Assembly: GCA_964608515.1 (NCBI GenBank)
Contig: CAZSNS010000004.1
Coordinates: 1,600-65,599, forward strand
Direction: 5' to 3'
DNA length: 64,000 nt
Origin: Candidatus Hadarchaeota archaeon
GTDB lineage: Archaea > Hadarchaeota > Hadarchaeia > Hadarchaeales > JAGGTB01
Shown: piece after piece, positions 29,539 to 39,602 of the stretch
Layout of the letters: the number at the start of each line of letters is the position of its first letter
Numbering within the stretch: position 1 is the first letter of the stretch
Made by a program: the position numbers and the translations under genes
Notes under the pieces: model-generated
Database searches by the model: none
What the model was told of the DNA's origin: nothing
The model's input: only the letters and a program-made list of their open reading frames with translations

Positions 29539-29994
29539 ATGAGACATAAGTCTGATGAGGAAAAAACCGATATAGGAGACGAAGAGATAGATTTAAGAAT
29601 TGACTCAGTGGGAGCTAAAAACGAACTCAAAGAGTTGTTTAAAGAGAAAGAGTTCTACGACCCAGTAAGGGCGAAGGGGGCTTCCGAAGAGGTACAATCT
29701 TGGCCTAAAACGGTCAAGAAACATATGGAGGGATTGATTGGAGAGGAAGTTGATGGTGGTAGGATTGAAAAAAGCTCTACTGGAGGTTTAAATTTTTATC
29801 AGAGAAATTACTGTTCTACGGTCTGCGAAATGAAAAGGAAAGCGAAGAAGAAATGTGATGAAGAAGATGACGAGGCAGCCTGCGAAAAGAAAGAAACGCT
29901 TGGAAAGATTGAAGATGATCTTAACTGCAGTTGTCAAGTAAAGCCCCACCGTACTGAGTATTCCTCTCCAGAAAGATGGAATCGTCCTGCTTAA
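29539..29994 (+). CDS. Hypothetical protein, Cys-rich C-terminus, virus-like
   Basis: 151-aa ORF. Confidence 0.5.
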   Translation: MRHKSDEEKTDIGDEEIDLRIDSVGAKNELKELFKEKEFYDPVRAKGASEEVQSWPKTVKKHMEGLIGEEVDGGRIEKSSTGGLNFYQRNYCSTVCEMKRKAKKKCDEEDDEAACEKKETLGKIEDDLNCSCQVKPHRTEYSSPERWNRPA

Positions 29995-30011
29995 TTAACG
30001 GAGGTGAGCTT

Positions 30012-30107
30012 GTGGATATAGTAGAAGCGACTGGACAAGGTATAGGTGCCTTGATTTTAATTATTGTTTTTTTAAAGTATATTTTACCTGCTCTTTTGAG
30101 TATTTAA
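30012..30107 (+). CDS. 31-aa single-TM microprotein
   Basis: GGAGGTGA RBS at 30000; MDIVEATGQGIGALILIIVFLKYILPALLSI. Confidence 0.6.
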   Translation: MDIVEATGQGIGALILIIVFLKYILPALLSI

Positions 30108-30164
30108 TAAGTAAGGAGAGTATCTTATTAAGAAAAAGTAATAAATTTGAGAAATTACAAACGA

Positions 30165-30485
30165 TTATCCTAAATTTAGTTCATTTTTAATGTATTCTTC
30201 TACCTTTGGCATTTGTACTTTTAAAAAAATTTCGTCTAGCACATGCCCATAGATAAAATACAATTTGGTAAATCGATTTTCACCAGCAACAAAGACCAGC
30301 TTTATGCCTTTATTACTTAATTTTTTAAGCTCTTTTTCTTTGTTTTTTCCGATTCTTGAGTTAATTCTATCTATCTTTATGGCTATTTCGGGTCTTCTAT
30401 AATCTTTAAGAGCAAAATCAAAATATAAGCTATACCCTGCTAGTTGCCAGTGTTTAAAATATTCAATATTGTTTCGATCTAGCAT
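30165..30485 (-). CDS. Short restriction-endonuclease-fold (DUF559-like) protein or fragment
   Basis: YFDFAL...IAIKID. Confidence 0.45.
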   Translation of the reverse strand: MLDRNNIEYFKHWQLAGYSLYFDFALKDYRRPEIAIKIDRINSRIGKNKEKELKKLSNKGIKLVFVAGENRFTKLYFIYGHVLDEIFLKVQMPKVEEYIKNELNLG

Positions 30486-30901
30486 TTTTTGGAGTTTCCA
30501 ACGGGGCAGACGAAAATTGCTTATTTTTGTCAGAAAAAACCCTCACTCAACAATTTGTAGTAAGTATTTGAAAAATTTATCAAAAGAGAGGGTTGTCGGT
30601 AAAATTCTAAAAAAATCAAAATTTTAGACTTATAATATTCAGACAAAATAAATAAAAGTCAGATTGTTAAAAGATGGTGAATCCGTCTTATGAAAATAAA
30701 AAAGGGTTAGAAACCTTGCTCGAGGACGGTACCCCAGATATTCTCGAACTCTTTTTGAAGTTAAAAGTATATTTTGGCAGCTTAGTTTTTAAACTCATTA
30801 AAAGATTATTAGTAGAGAATAACTCAACCGATATTTTACTTTCAGGCATCCCTCCCGAAAAGAGATAATTGTTGGAAACTTAATCGATTAAGAGGAGGTG
30901 A

Positions 30902-31198
30902 ATGATGGTATATTATTACATAAAGTGTGTCAACGAAGACGGAGATGGAAATATTGCATCGGTGGGGTATGGTAATGATTTGGACGATAAGATAAATAAG
31001 GATCTTAAGCCGAAAGAAGAGGTTATTTCCGATATTGACGAAGAGGGTCGTTTAGTGAAGACTGCATATTATTCCGATCAAAAGAGAGAATGGGTGACTG
31101 GTGATGAAGTTCACACAGTTGAGGGGGAGTACATAAGAACTGACGGGAACGATATTGAGTCCGATAACCTAGGCGAATTACAGAGTTGTCCGAGCTAA
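30902..31198 (+). CDS. DUF3892-family protein
   Basis: GGAGGTGA RBS; C-terminal YIRTDGN....DNLGEL. Confidence 0.8.
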   Translation: MMVYYYIKCVNEDGDGNIASVGYGNDLDDKINKDLKPKEEVISDIDEEGRLVKTAYYSDQKREWVTGDEVHTVEGEYIRTDGNDIESDNLGELQSCPS

Positions 31199-31265
31199 AT
31201 CTTATTGTGAAAGAGGAAAGTTCCATGCTGAATATTCCTAATTAGTCTAAGTAGGAGGTGATTGT

Positions 31266-31364
31266 TTGGATCGGAAAGTTAGAAAAGCACTTGAGATAAC
31301 GGCTGGTGTGGGTTCAATTGCAGGAACTATACTTTTTGTGGATGAATTTCTTGTTTCTGATTGA
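31266..31364 (+). CDS. 32-aa microprotein with a hydrophobic core
   Basis: AGGAGGTGA RBS at 31253; MDRKVRKALEITAGVGSIAGTILFVDEFLVSD. Confidence 0.5.
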   Translation: MDRKVRKALEITAGVGSIAGTILFVDEFLVSD

Positions 31365-31609
31365 ATAGTGTTTATAATCGTTACAGGGATATTATGAGTA
31401 GACTTAATTTTCTTGAAAAAAATGGAAAAATAAAAAAGGAAAAATATTACGAAGGTAAAGTTTGTTCTATTAGCTGTTCTATACCTAGCCGTGATAGTAT
31501 TTTTGTAATCATTGTGTTAAATCTAAGAATAAGTATATTTTAGAATTAAATCGGGTGGATTGAGACTTAACATATTAGAGGACTACATTAAAAGACTAAA
31601 TAATTGATT

Positions 31610-32689
31610 TTACAGTTTATTCAAAAGTGTATCGTAAATATCATCAATTGTGGCTTCTAGACCCCAAGCGAAGTTTGCAACTCTTCTGAAAATATCTGAA
31701 GTTATTCGAAATCTATTAGGTCTTCTAAAATTATGATTTAGGTTCTTTTCCCCCTCTACTTTTTCCCTAATCGACTCTAACTTCTCTGCATTTTCCGGTT
31801 TTCCTTCGGTTGGTTTTAATTCATCCATAACTCTTCCAGGAATCATGTTTGAGAAGGATATCCGGAAAATGTAGTCCCAATTTGACCTACCCATTGTGTC
31901 CTGATAAACTTCATTTAATACATTCATTAGTTTCTCTCTATTTTTTGTCAGTATATTAAGCAGTGCGTCTAATCCTCTCTGGTCAAGAAAATCTAGAGAT
32001 CTCTTAAGGAAAAATAATAAATCATCATGACTCAATGAATCCAGTTTATTACTTTGTTCGTAAATCAGCTGTAGCATTCTCGCTCCCTTGGAGAGAGTTA
32101 CAGCCCTATCTTTCATTTTCCAAACTAATGGTAGGAGTTCCTTTACTTCATTTTTGGTTATTTCTTCGTATTCTCCGTCAGAGTCGATTACACCATTATA
32201 TAATTTAGTTCTAATATTCCTTACCGATTCTCTAAAAGGAGAATTACCCACATAGAGGTTATAGATGAGATTGGATCTTTTAAACTCCCTTTCTAAGTCT
32301 TTTGTAGTCCAGAGCTCTACCTCGGGTTTTTCATCAGCTGTTTCTAAAAATGATTGGGTGGCACCCTTTGTATATAAATAGATTTTTCTATCAGCATCTT
32401 GTTGATGGAGTAATTCAAGTTGTGATATATCTTTTTGCATTGGCTTTCTTTTCACTCCGATCAGAATAGTTTCTGAATTATTATCACATTCGAGATCTAC
32501 GCCTTTTTCGTGTGATGGGTCGTTTTCGTGCCGCCATCTTACTTTATATCCTAGGCACTCAAAGTGTATTTTTAAGAGTGCGTGAATCTCTTTTTCCTGA
32601 AAATCGGTCCAAGGGATTTTTGTCTCTTCCCACTCTCTTAGCTCAGGCGGCAGAGATTCTTCCGAGTCCTCATCAAAATTTTCATTCAT
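31610..32689 (-). CDS. Mrr-like restriction endonuclease domain plus helical C-terminus
   Basis: E....HF..LGY.V, EKGVDL, IGVK; start reassigned to MNENF. Confidence 0.7.
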   Translation of the reverse strand: MNENFDEDSEESLPPELREWEETKIPWTDFQEKEIHALLKIHFECLGYKVRWRHENDPSHEKGVDLECDNNSETILIGVKRKPMQKDISQLELLHQQDADRKIYLYTKGATQSFLETADEKPEVELWTTKDLEREFKRSNLIYNLYVGNSPFRESVRNIRTKLYNGVIDSDGEYEEITKNEVKELLPLVWKMKDRAVTLSKGARMLQLIYEQSNKLDSLSHDDLLFFLKRSLDFLDQRGLDALLNILTKNREKLMNVLNEVYQDTMGRSNWDYIFRISFSNMIPGRVMDELKPTEGKPENAEKLESIREKVEGEKNLNHNFRRPNRFRITSDIFRRVANFAWGLEATIDDIYDTLLNKL

Positions 32690-32796
32690 TTTTATAGGTC
32701 TATCTTCATTTGAGTAGGCTAATGATTTAACTGTAACTAAATAGATGAATAGAATAACTAAGATTTTTTTGATAAGAAAGAGAATTAAAAAACGAA

Positions 32797-33075
32797 ATGT
32801 CATTTAAAGTTGAATGTAGTTTCTGTGATGATTTTGAAGAAGAATACGAAGTTAGGGATGAAGCTAGGGAAGCGGGAAGAGAACACTTACTAGAGGAACA
32901 TGATTCGGAATTAAGAGAAAATTATCCTGGTTCGAGAGATAGATGTCAACAAGGATGTGGACACAAAATTGATGAAAACCTCATATGTAAAGGGCCGGAA
33001 AGACATGATAACATAAACTGGTATGCAGGGATATATGCTTCTATAGGAATGGTTGAGGAAGTTAAAGAAGGATGA
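32797..33075 (+). CDS. Small Cys/His-rich zinc-finger protein
   Basis: CSFC...H...H and C...CGH...C...H. Confidence 0.6.
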   Translation: MSFKVECSFCDDFEEEYEVRDEAREAGREHLLEEHDSELRENYPGSRDRCQQGCGHKIDENLICKGPERHDNINWYAGIYASIGMVEEVKEG

Positions 33076-33416
33076 ATTATTGAAAGAGGCACTACGATTT
33101 AGTTATGAATTAGATTAAGTTATTGATTCCTTTGTTTGTGTTAAGATATGATTGGTTTTAGTATATAAATATAGATAAAGATTTGATAAAAGAAGCTTTC
33201 TTTTTACCATTTCGTATTCAACCTCTTGCAATAATAGATCCTATTTGTAATCGAGGATGCAATATATATAGATTTTCCGAGAAGTCTAAATGGAAATGTC
33301 GGGTTAGGTTGGATTTTTATTTAAGTGTTTATGGGGGCGAGGTAGTTAATATCGAATTTTAATATTGTTCGAAGGGGTACCAATCTCCTTTACCTCCTTT
33401 AGATAAAGATCTTAAA

Positions 33417-33722
33417 GTGGAAGATGAATGGATAAAAACTGATGGAAGTTTTCGGCCGACAAAATCACTCGGTGAGTTAAGGAACGCTAAAGTTTGTATA
33501 ACTGAGTATTTTGCCCCGAGTATTCACTGGGGTGGAATATGGGAGGATAAAAATTATGGGAATAGAATCGACTATGAACCGTTTGATTTGAATGTGGAAA
33601 TTGAACCTAAATCACCACGTAATAGAATTACACATACATATTTAGGGAAATTGGAACCCGGAGGTAAATTTAAACAAAGGAAGGGTTTGATTTCTTTTAG
33701 TTCTCCATTTAAAATATTATGA
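33417..33722 (+). CDS. Hypothetical protein or fragment
   Basis: 101-aa ORF only. Confidence 0.35.
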   Translation: MEDEWIKTDGSFRPTKSLGELRNAKVCITEYFAPSIHWGGIWEDKNYGNRIDYEPFDLNVEIEPKSPRNRITHTYLGKLEPGGKFKQRKGLISFSSPFKIL

Positions 33723-33944
33723 GTGATGTAGAATTGCTAGGATTAATAGCAGTATTTGCCGTAATATTTGGAATGATTTGTAATTGATGGAGTAATCAAT
33801 AATAGAGTCTGCTAGGATTTCCGATAATATTCCTTTAAACGATATATCGGCCGAATCGCCGGAGGGAATCTTTTGACTCCTTCTCGTTACAGTAAACAAG
33901 CAAGAAGCAAAGTTCTTAAGGAGGAATTTAATTATCTAGAATCG

Positions 33945-34802
33945 ATGGATATACAATTAAAAGATTCAGAATTAATTACTGATACTGTTAGAAATGTTAA
34001 TGAAGATATTGGGAATATAGTATCTAACGCAGCGTGGGTACTTGATGGGGCTACTAGTCTTTCTGATAAAAATATAACTCCACTAAAAACAGAAGCAAAA
34101 TGGTATGTTGAAAAACTCAATCATTATTTTGAAAATCACATGATGGATAACTCAAGTAAAGAACTTTCTTCAATAGTTAAAGAGTCAATTAAGAAGACAC
34201 GATTAGAGTTCTTTGATTTTTTAGACAAAGAGATAGATGAAGTAGATGAACCAGCTGCTAGTTGTGCCATGGTTAGGTGGGAGAATAATATATTAGAGTA
34301 TTTCGTTCTATGTGACTGCACATTTGTTCTTTTTAGAAACGGAAAGGTGGTAAAAAAAATAACAGATGACAGAATCGACAAGTTCGAAGAAGAGATTAGA
34401 AAAAAAATTAAGCATTTGATTGAAGATAGGAGAATGTCTCTCACGAATGCTCGTAGAAAAGTTTTCCCAATAATCAAAAAAGTTCGGCGTTTAAGAAACG
34501 AGGCAGGGAATTATTGGGTTCTCAGTTTTGACCCAAAAGCTGTAGAAAAAGCAATTCATGATAAGATCGAACTAAAGAAGGGCGATGAAGTCTATCTTTT
34601 TACCGATGGATTTGGTCGTATAGTAGATAAATACTCAGAGTTTGAGGACTGGCAAGAGGCAATTGAATATATAAATAGCCAAGGAGGAGAAAAAGTTTTT
34701 TCTTTGCTTCGAAGAATAGAAAAAAATGATGTGGAAGGAGAAAAATACATTCGAACGAGGGCATCCGATGATGCCACCCTTTCTATTCTAAAGTTTGGTT
34801 AA
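33945..34802 (+). CDS. PP2C-family phosphatase-like protein
   Basis: NED, VLDGAT, LCDC, FTDG, DDAT; start likely MDIQ. Confidence 0.82.
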   Translation: MDIQLKDSELITDTVRNVNEDIGNIVSNAAWVLDGATSLSDKNITPLKTEAKWYVEKLNHYFENHMMDNSSKELSSIVKESIKKTRLEFFDFLDKEIDEVDEPAASCAMVRWENNILEYFVLCDCTFVLFRNGKVVKKITDDRIDKFEEEIRKKIKHLIEDRRMSLTNARRKVFPIIKKVRRLRNEAGNYWVLSFDPKAVEKAIHDKIELKKGDEVYLFTDGFGRIVDKYSEFEDWQEAIEYINSQGGEKVFSLLRRIEKNDVEGEKYIRTRASDDATLSILKFG

Positions 34803-34845
34803 CTCACTTTAATTACAAAAATTTTAATTAAATTAGGAGGGTAGA

Positions 34846-35949
34846 ATGGGATTTAATGAAGATTTAGTTTTTGAAGAGGAGATTGAGAATCTAGAAATGA
34901 GTGACTCTGTAAATCATGAGGATATTGTTGATTTCCTTCAAAATTTGCCCGAACCAAGAAATATAGAATTTCAAGTAAATATAGCCAACTTAGTACAGAG
35001 AGTGTCTGAATCATCATTTTATCTTGAGAAAATATTAGAAGATGGCTTATCGAAAGATATTCGATTCAAGGCTTTTTATGCTCTTCAAACCTATTACAGA
35101 AGAAATAAGGATTTAAGTGACTTAGAAGAACTTTACAAAAATTATAGTCACATTTTTTCCGACCGAACCATGTACAAAGTCCTCCATTCCGTTCTTCTGC
35201 GTCTAAGAAATAAACCGGAGTCTATTTTCCAAGCAATTGAAGAACAGAGCGTTGTTTTAAACGAAATAAGTGATAATCCCGGTATATATCAAGCAAAAGC
35301 AAATACAATCGTACAAGCAATTGAAGATGGTATTATTTCCGATGATAGGCGGGATCAATATCTTAACGATGCAAAAAAAGCTATCAGAAATGCAATTAGT
35401 ATATGGCCGGATTACGGTAAGTATCATGTGACTCATGGACGGATTTTGAAATTAGAAGGAAAATATGAGGCTGCTCGTGAAGAAATTGAAAAGGGCATAG
35501 ACCTTGAAGAAGCTAATAAGGAAGATTATGCTATTAGAATTGCTAGTTTCCAACAGCACCTTTTAAAAGTTGATTTTGAGGAATACCATAATGAATTAGA
35601 AAAGCAAATTGATAGGGAAGAAAAAAGGGTTGAGAGTTTAAGTAAAGATTTGGATGATGCCTTGCAGGGTTTTCGAAAATCCAATCTACAATTTTTGGGC
35701 TTTTTCGCTGCTATTTTGGGTGGCGTGATAATAACAATGCAAGTAGCTACAAACTATCCAGCAATACAAGCTGGTCCTCTAATTCTAATAATATTTGGAG
35801 GGCTATCTACTTCTTTTGGCTTGTTTAGTTTGATTGTTCCGAGAAAAGAAGAAACAAATCTCGGTCTAAAAATAGTTGGTGTAGGAATACTAATACTATT
35901 ATTCGGATTCATTATTTTGTGGATTCATTATTTTTTTCTCAGTATATAA
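34846..35949 (+). CDS. TPR protein with coiled coil and three C-terminal TM helices
   Basis: GGAGG RBS; TPR-like AI.I.PDYGKYH..GR.L; hydrophobic C-terminus. Confidence 0.75.
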   Translation: MGFNEDLVFEEEIENLEMSDSVNHEDIVDFLQNLPEPRNIEFQVNIANLVQRVSESSFYLEKILEDGLSKDIRFKAFYALQTYYRRNKDLSDLEELYKNYSHIFSDRTMYKVLHSVLLRLRNKPESIFQAIEEQSVVLNEISDNPGIYQAKANTIVQAIEDGIISDDRRDQYLNDAKKAIRNAISIWPDYGKYHVTHGRILKLEGKYEAAREEIEKGIDLEEANKEDYAIRIASFQQHLLKVDFEEYHNELEKQIDREEKRVESLSKDLDDALQGFRKSNLQFLGFFAAILGGVIITMQVATNYPAIQAGPLILIIFGGLSTSFGLFSLIVPRKEETNLGLKIVGVGILILLFGFIILWIHYFFLSI

Positions 35950-36304
35950 ATAGGGAATCTAATTAGTTTCAATCCGATAAATTTGCCTTTCGGGCTTCCG
36001 AAAATCGTGTTCCTAACTAAACAATGGCAATTTTATGGTTAAGAGATTTTGTAGGATTGCTGTTGCAAGATTTTATTCTCCTTCTAATTTTCGGAAATTC
36101 CAATCTTTTGGAATTTTCGGCAAGCTGATTGGATACTTTCTAGATAGGTAATATTGAGGAAGGGAAAATGAAGACTAAAAAACTGATATTTAAAACCCCC
36201 CGAAACCCTTTAATAAAATAAGTGATGAACTCTGCCTTGGCTCCACTCGTCTTCTTCCTCCCGTGCCAATGCTTTCTTTTTTCTCTCTTTGAAGGACTTC
36301 CAGC

Positions 36305-36589
36305 TCATCGTTTCTCTTTCACCTTGTTCCGCTTTAAATCGATAATGAGCTTCTCCACTCGTAACTCGAAAACGTTCCTCTTGGCTTCCGGATTGTAATC
36401 CTTTTCCACGATCTCTAGGTCGGACAATCTGTTCAATGATTTGTAGAAGCTAATCCTGTTCCCAAGCTCGTCACACTCCTCCCTCAGCTCCATTGCAGTT
36501 TTCGGACCATCCGCTAGGTGTTCCAAGAGCGCCCTGCTATCCTTTAAAGAGATTTCCTTCAGAAGCTTCTCCGTTTCCATTTTCCCCAA
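36305..36589 (-). CDS. ArsR-like winged-helix regulator (virus/plasmid-type)
   Basis: GPKTAMEL...SFYKSLNRL..LEIVEK; in a higher-GC patch next to attR. Confidence 0.75.
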   Translation of the reverse strand: MGKMETEKLLKEISLKDSRALLEHLADGPKTAMELREECDELGNRISFYKSLNRLSDLEIVEKDYNPEAKRNVFELRVEKLIIDLKRNKVKEKR

Positions 36590-36902
36590 TCAAGTGTCCA
36601 AACCCGAATTCAAATGGGCTTGTTGTCTGCCGGGAAACGAAAAAAAGCATAGAAAGAATCTATCTCAGTTGGAAAATATATTGAGGAAATAGAGTTCGTT
36701 TGAGGGCTGTGTTGCGGAAGGGTGAGGGAAAGGAGAAAGGGAAGGATGGAATCAGCATGTATGTCCGCAAAGTCCTAGTTCTTGTAGTTCGGAAGTTTCT
36801 CCGCCCGGTCTGAGAAAAACCTTTATTCCAAGAAGACGCTATTTACTACCGAGAGGGGTTGAAGGCTCTAGAAGGGAGATTCGAACCCGTTCGTAAGGCT
36901 TT

Positions 36903-36929
36903 CCCGCCGCCCCATCGCACAAAAGGTTC
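36903..36929 (+). repeat. attR-like direct repeat
   Basis: CCCGCCGCCCCATCGCACAAAAGGTTC. Confidence 0.88.
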
Positions 36930-37078
36930 TAAACTTGTGTGAAGAGAAAAACCCATTTACCACTTTTTTCGATTTTACTTCTTAAGATACAAAGCTAAAG
37001 GGATTGGAAACAGTATATCTTGAGAACCTGGTTCAACCTTATTCTCATCAAAAAATTGCTTAAACAAAAGAATGTTTT

Positions 37079-37663
37079 TCAAGATTTTTCGAGAGACTTT
37101 CTTATTTTCTTCAATTCTTTCAAAATTTCGGGTTGGAGACCTTCCTCGCTCTCTTCGGTTGCTGTGGTGTAGGGTCCTGTTTCTCGCTTTTTGACTTGGT
37201 TTAGAATAGTTTCTTTGATCTCTTCGTAGTTCTGCACGCAAAATATTTCTGCTTCGGGCAAGGATCTTTGCCCTGAGTGTCCGGCTGTTTCGATCTTGTC
37301 TTTGCCGAGCCCGAAGAACCGGTATATCGGTCCTTGTTCCACTGTCACGTTCATTATGAGTCTATAAGGCACGTTTTGAGATTTTTTGAACCATACACCT
37401 TTTTTGACTATTACTCTGTCTTCGGTCAGTTTGAATGAGATTGAAGAATAAAACTTCGAAATCCAGTAGAGGATGAAAATTGAAGGAGGTAAGAATCCAA
37501 GCCAAGTAAGACCTGTACCGAGAACAGCTTGTTCTCTGGGGAAGAAAAGAAGAAGTATAACTGTAATGAAGAGAGGAATCAACAAGATAAATCCGACATA
37601 GACCCGATAGTAGGTCTTCATACTCGGATCAGGTTTAAACGACTCATTTACTTCTACGGTCAT
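37079..37663 (-). CDS. bPH_2 (YdbS-like) membrane protein
   Basis: Two TM segments then V.KGVWF...VPY..I.NV...QGP..R.FGLG...IETAG. Confidence 0.85.
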   Translation of the reverse strand: MTVEVNESFKPDPSMKTYYRVYVGFILLIPLFITVILLLFFPREQAVLGTGLTWLGFLPPSIFILYWISKFYSSISFKLTEDRVIVKKGVWFKKSQNVPYRLIMNVTVEQGPIYRFFGLGKDKIETAGHSGQRSLPEAEIFCVQNYEEIKETILNQVKKRETGPYTTATEESEEGLQPEILKELKKIRKSLEKS

Positions 37664-37824
37664 AAGACTCCCCCGAAACGATTATAGACTTCATATCTTT
37701 TTCAATACGAACGATTTATAAATTCTAGTAAAATCTGAGTTCTCATCTGACTTGTTACTAATAAAGCGAATTTAATCCGCAGACGGTCTCTTAAGAATAC
37801 GTTAAGAACTTTTCGTTCCATTCT

Positions 37825-37865
37825 CCACCCCATCGCACCAAAGGTTTGAGGAATTTCCAATTTTT
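37825..37865 (+). repeat. Third, degenerate att-like copy
   Basis: CCACCCCATCGCACCAAAGGTTTGAGGAATTTCCAATTTTT aligns with 17279-17319. Confidence 0.75.
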
Positions 37866-37940
37866 CAATGTTTGAAAAAGAACAGTTAATGTGACCTGTT
37901 GAAAAGGTATAGCTAGGGTCGGTAAGAATATTTTTGGGGA

Positions 37941-38111
37941 TTATACCCATTTCAATCCTAGGTCTGTCGATGATGGGTGAGTTCTGCTTCTGGCTTTTGA
38001 AGGTGTTTTCTTTTCCGGCTTCTCATTTACTAAATCTCGGTGATCTTCGCACCACCACATGCCGTGCATAAGAAACGCAGCTTCTTTGCCACATATACAA
38101 CACTTTGCCAA
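37941..38111 (-). CDS. 56-aa zinc-finger microprotein
   Basis: GAGGTG RBS, TTG start; MAKCCICGKEAAFLMHGMWWCEDH... Confidence 0.6.
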   Translation of the reverse strand: MAKCCICGKEAAFLMHGMWWCEDHRDLVNEKPEKKTPSKARSRTHPSSTDLGLKWV

Positions 38112-38679
38112 ACTCAGCACCTCGGTCCAGCCGTCCTTTCACTACAGTTGGAGGGTATTAAAAATCTTCGGCTTTATAAATTAAGACTCCAAATTTTTAT
38201 CTTCAATTCGACTATTAGGCTCCTAAAAACGAGATTATAAACATTCAAGGAAAATTTGGAATTATTTTAATTCTAATAATTCATTTCGCTACAACATTTC
38301 AACATGATTGCTAAGATAAAACATCGAACTTACTGCGAGTTATTTCTCTTCTTCCCCAAAAACCCGAATCAAATTACAAGAACAATTTAATTCCGACATA
38401 CCACTTTATCAATCTCGAAAAACCACTTCTAAGGATTTTAATAACCATTCAAATCTCGATTTATCATTACCAAATTCTGAAAGCTCTCACTTTCAAAAGA
38501 AGATAGAAAGACAAAGCAAAACCTTTCTAAAACAAAAATTAGAAAGAGACGAGAAAAAATTGTTAGAACAACAAAACAAAAGTATTCAAACCCGAAAAAT
38601 ACCTTCCTTATACCTAAATACTAAAATTCCTCCCAAAATAAATTCCAGAAAAAAGACCAAACACAAAGAGGAAAACAAT

Positions 38680-39522
38680 ATGAAAACTCAGCCAGGAAAA
38701 ATAAAAAACATAACTCGGATTGATAATGAAATATTTCTAATAAATTCTCCCGAATATCCAAACTCCAGCTCAATTCTAATCCAAGATGAGATAAACACAC
38801 TTATCGACACAGGGGCAAAAAGAAAAATCTTGAAAAAAATCAAAAAACACATCGACCAAGTCATCAACACCCATTTTCACACAGATCACAACCGCAACAA
38901 CGACCTCTTCAAAAAAGTCAAAATCAGCCAAATCGAAACAGAAGGCCTGAAAGATTTTGATGGATATTTCAAAATAGCAGGAGCTTCAGATCCCGAGTTA
39001 AAAAAAGAAATGAAGAAAAACTCACCTACAAGTAGATTATGGCCGGAAGAAATAGTTCCGCTTGAAAAGGGAGAAGTTTTGGACTTTGGAAAAACCGAAT
39101 GGGAAATAATACATACTCCGGGACATTCTCCTGGTCACTTTTGTTATTATGAAAAAAATAGAAACATTTTACTCGCTGGGGATTATGGGCCGGAAGATTT
39201 TGGTCCTTGGTATGCTTGGCCTTCTAGTGATTTGGAGGATTTTGTGAGTTCTGTTGAGAAAATTATTGATTTGGATCCGGATTTGCTTTTGTCTGGACAT
39301 GCGGGCCCGGTCGAGGGAAATGTAGCTACTGTCATGAAGGAGTATTTGGATATTATTTGGGAGAGGGATGAGTTAATTTCTGATCTTTATGAGAAGGGGA
39401 AGTCTGTTGATGATATTCTTGAAGAAGATATTTTTTATAGTTCTCGAGCTAAAGAAGCACCCATTATCAAATATTTTGCGAGAACTATGATTTCAAAACA
39501 TATCAAAAATCAGCTGACATAA
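38680..39522 (+). CDS. MBL-fold metallo-hydrolase
   Basis: LIDTG, THFHTDH, TPGHSPGH, GD, SGH; start at MKTQ. Confidence 0.9.
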   Translation: MKTQPGKIKNITRIDNEIFLINSPEYPNSSSILIQDEINTLIDTGAKRKILKKIKKHIDQVINTHFHTDHNRNNDLFKKVKISQIETEGLKDFDGYFKIAGASDPELKKEMKKNSPTSRLWPEEIVPLEKGEVLDFGKTEWEIIHTPGHSPGHFCYYEKNRNILLAGDYGPEDFGPWYAWPSSDLEDFVSSVEKIIDLDPDLLLSGHAGPVEGNVATVMKEYLDIIWERDELISDLYEKGKSVDDILEEDIFYSSRAKEAPIIKYFARTMISKHIKNQLT

Positions 39523-39602
39523 CTAATTGTTTAAAATTAGTAATCCGAGCAAATTTTCTTAGTTCTAGCTAAGAAATTTTAACAAAACTAGAAAAAATAA
39601 TA

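Larger units (their letters stand above)
17287..36929. mobile_element. tRNA-Pro-integrated genomic island with defence-type cargo; no intact integrase seen
   Basis: Bounded by a 27-bp direct repeat; mostly AT-rich, low coding density, conflict-type genes. Confidence 0.85.

Noticed and set aside
36860..36935. Minus-strand PFVRWGGGK resembling the Dam methylase N-terminal motif, and a GGGTTCGAATC T-loop-like string
   Set aside because: WGGG derives from the tRNA 3' end, the frame stops within about 20 codons, and no cloverleaf forms.
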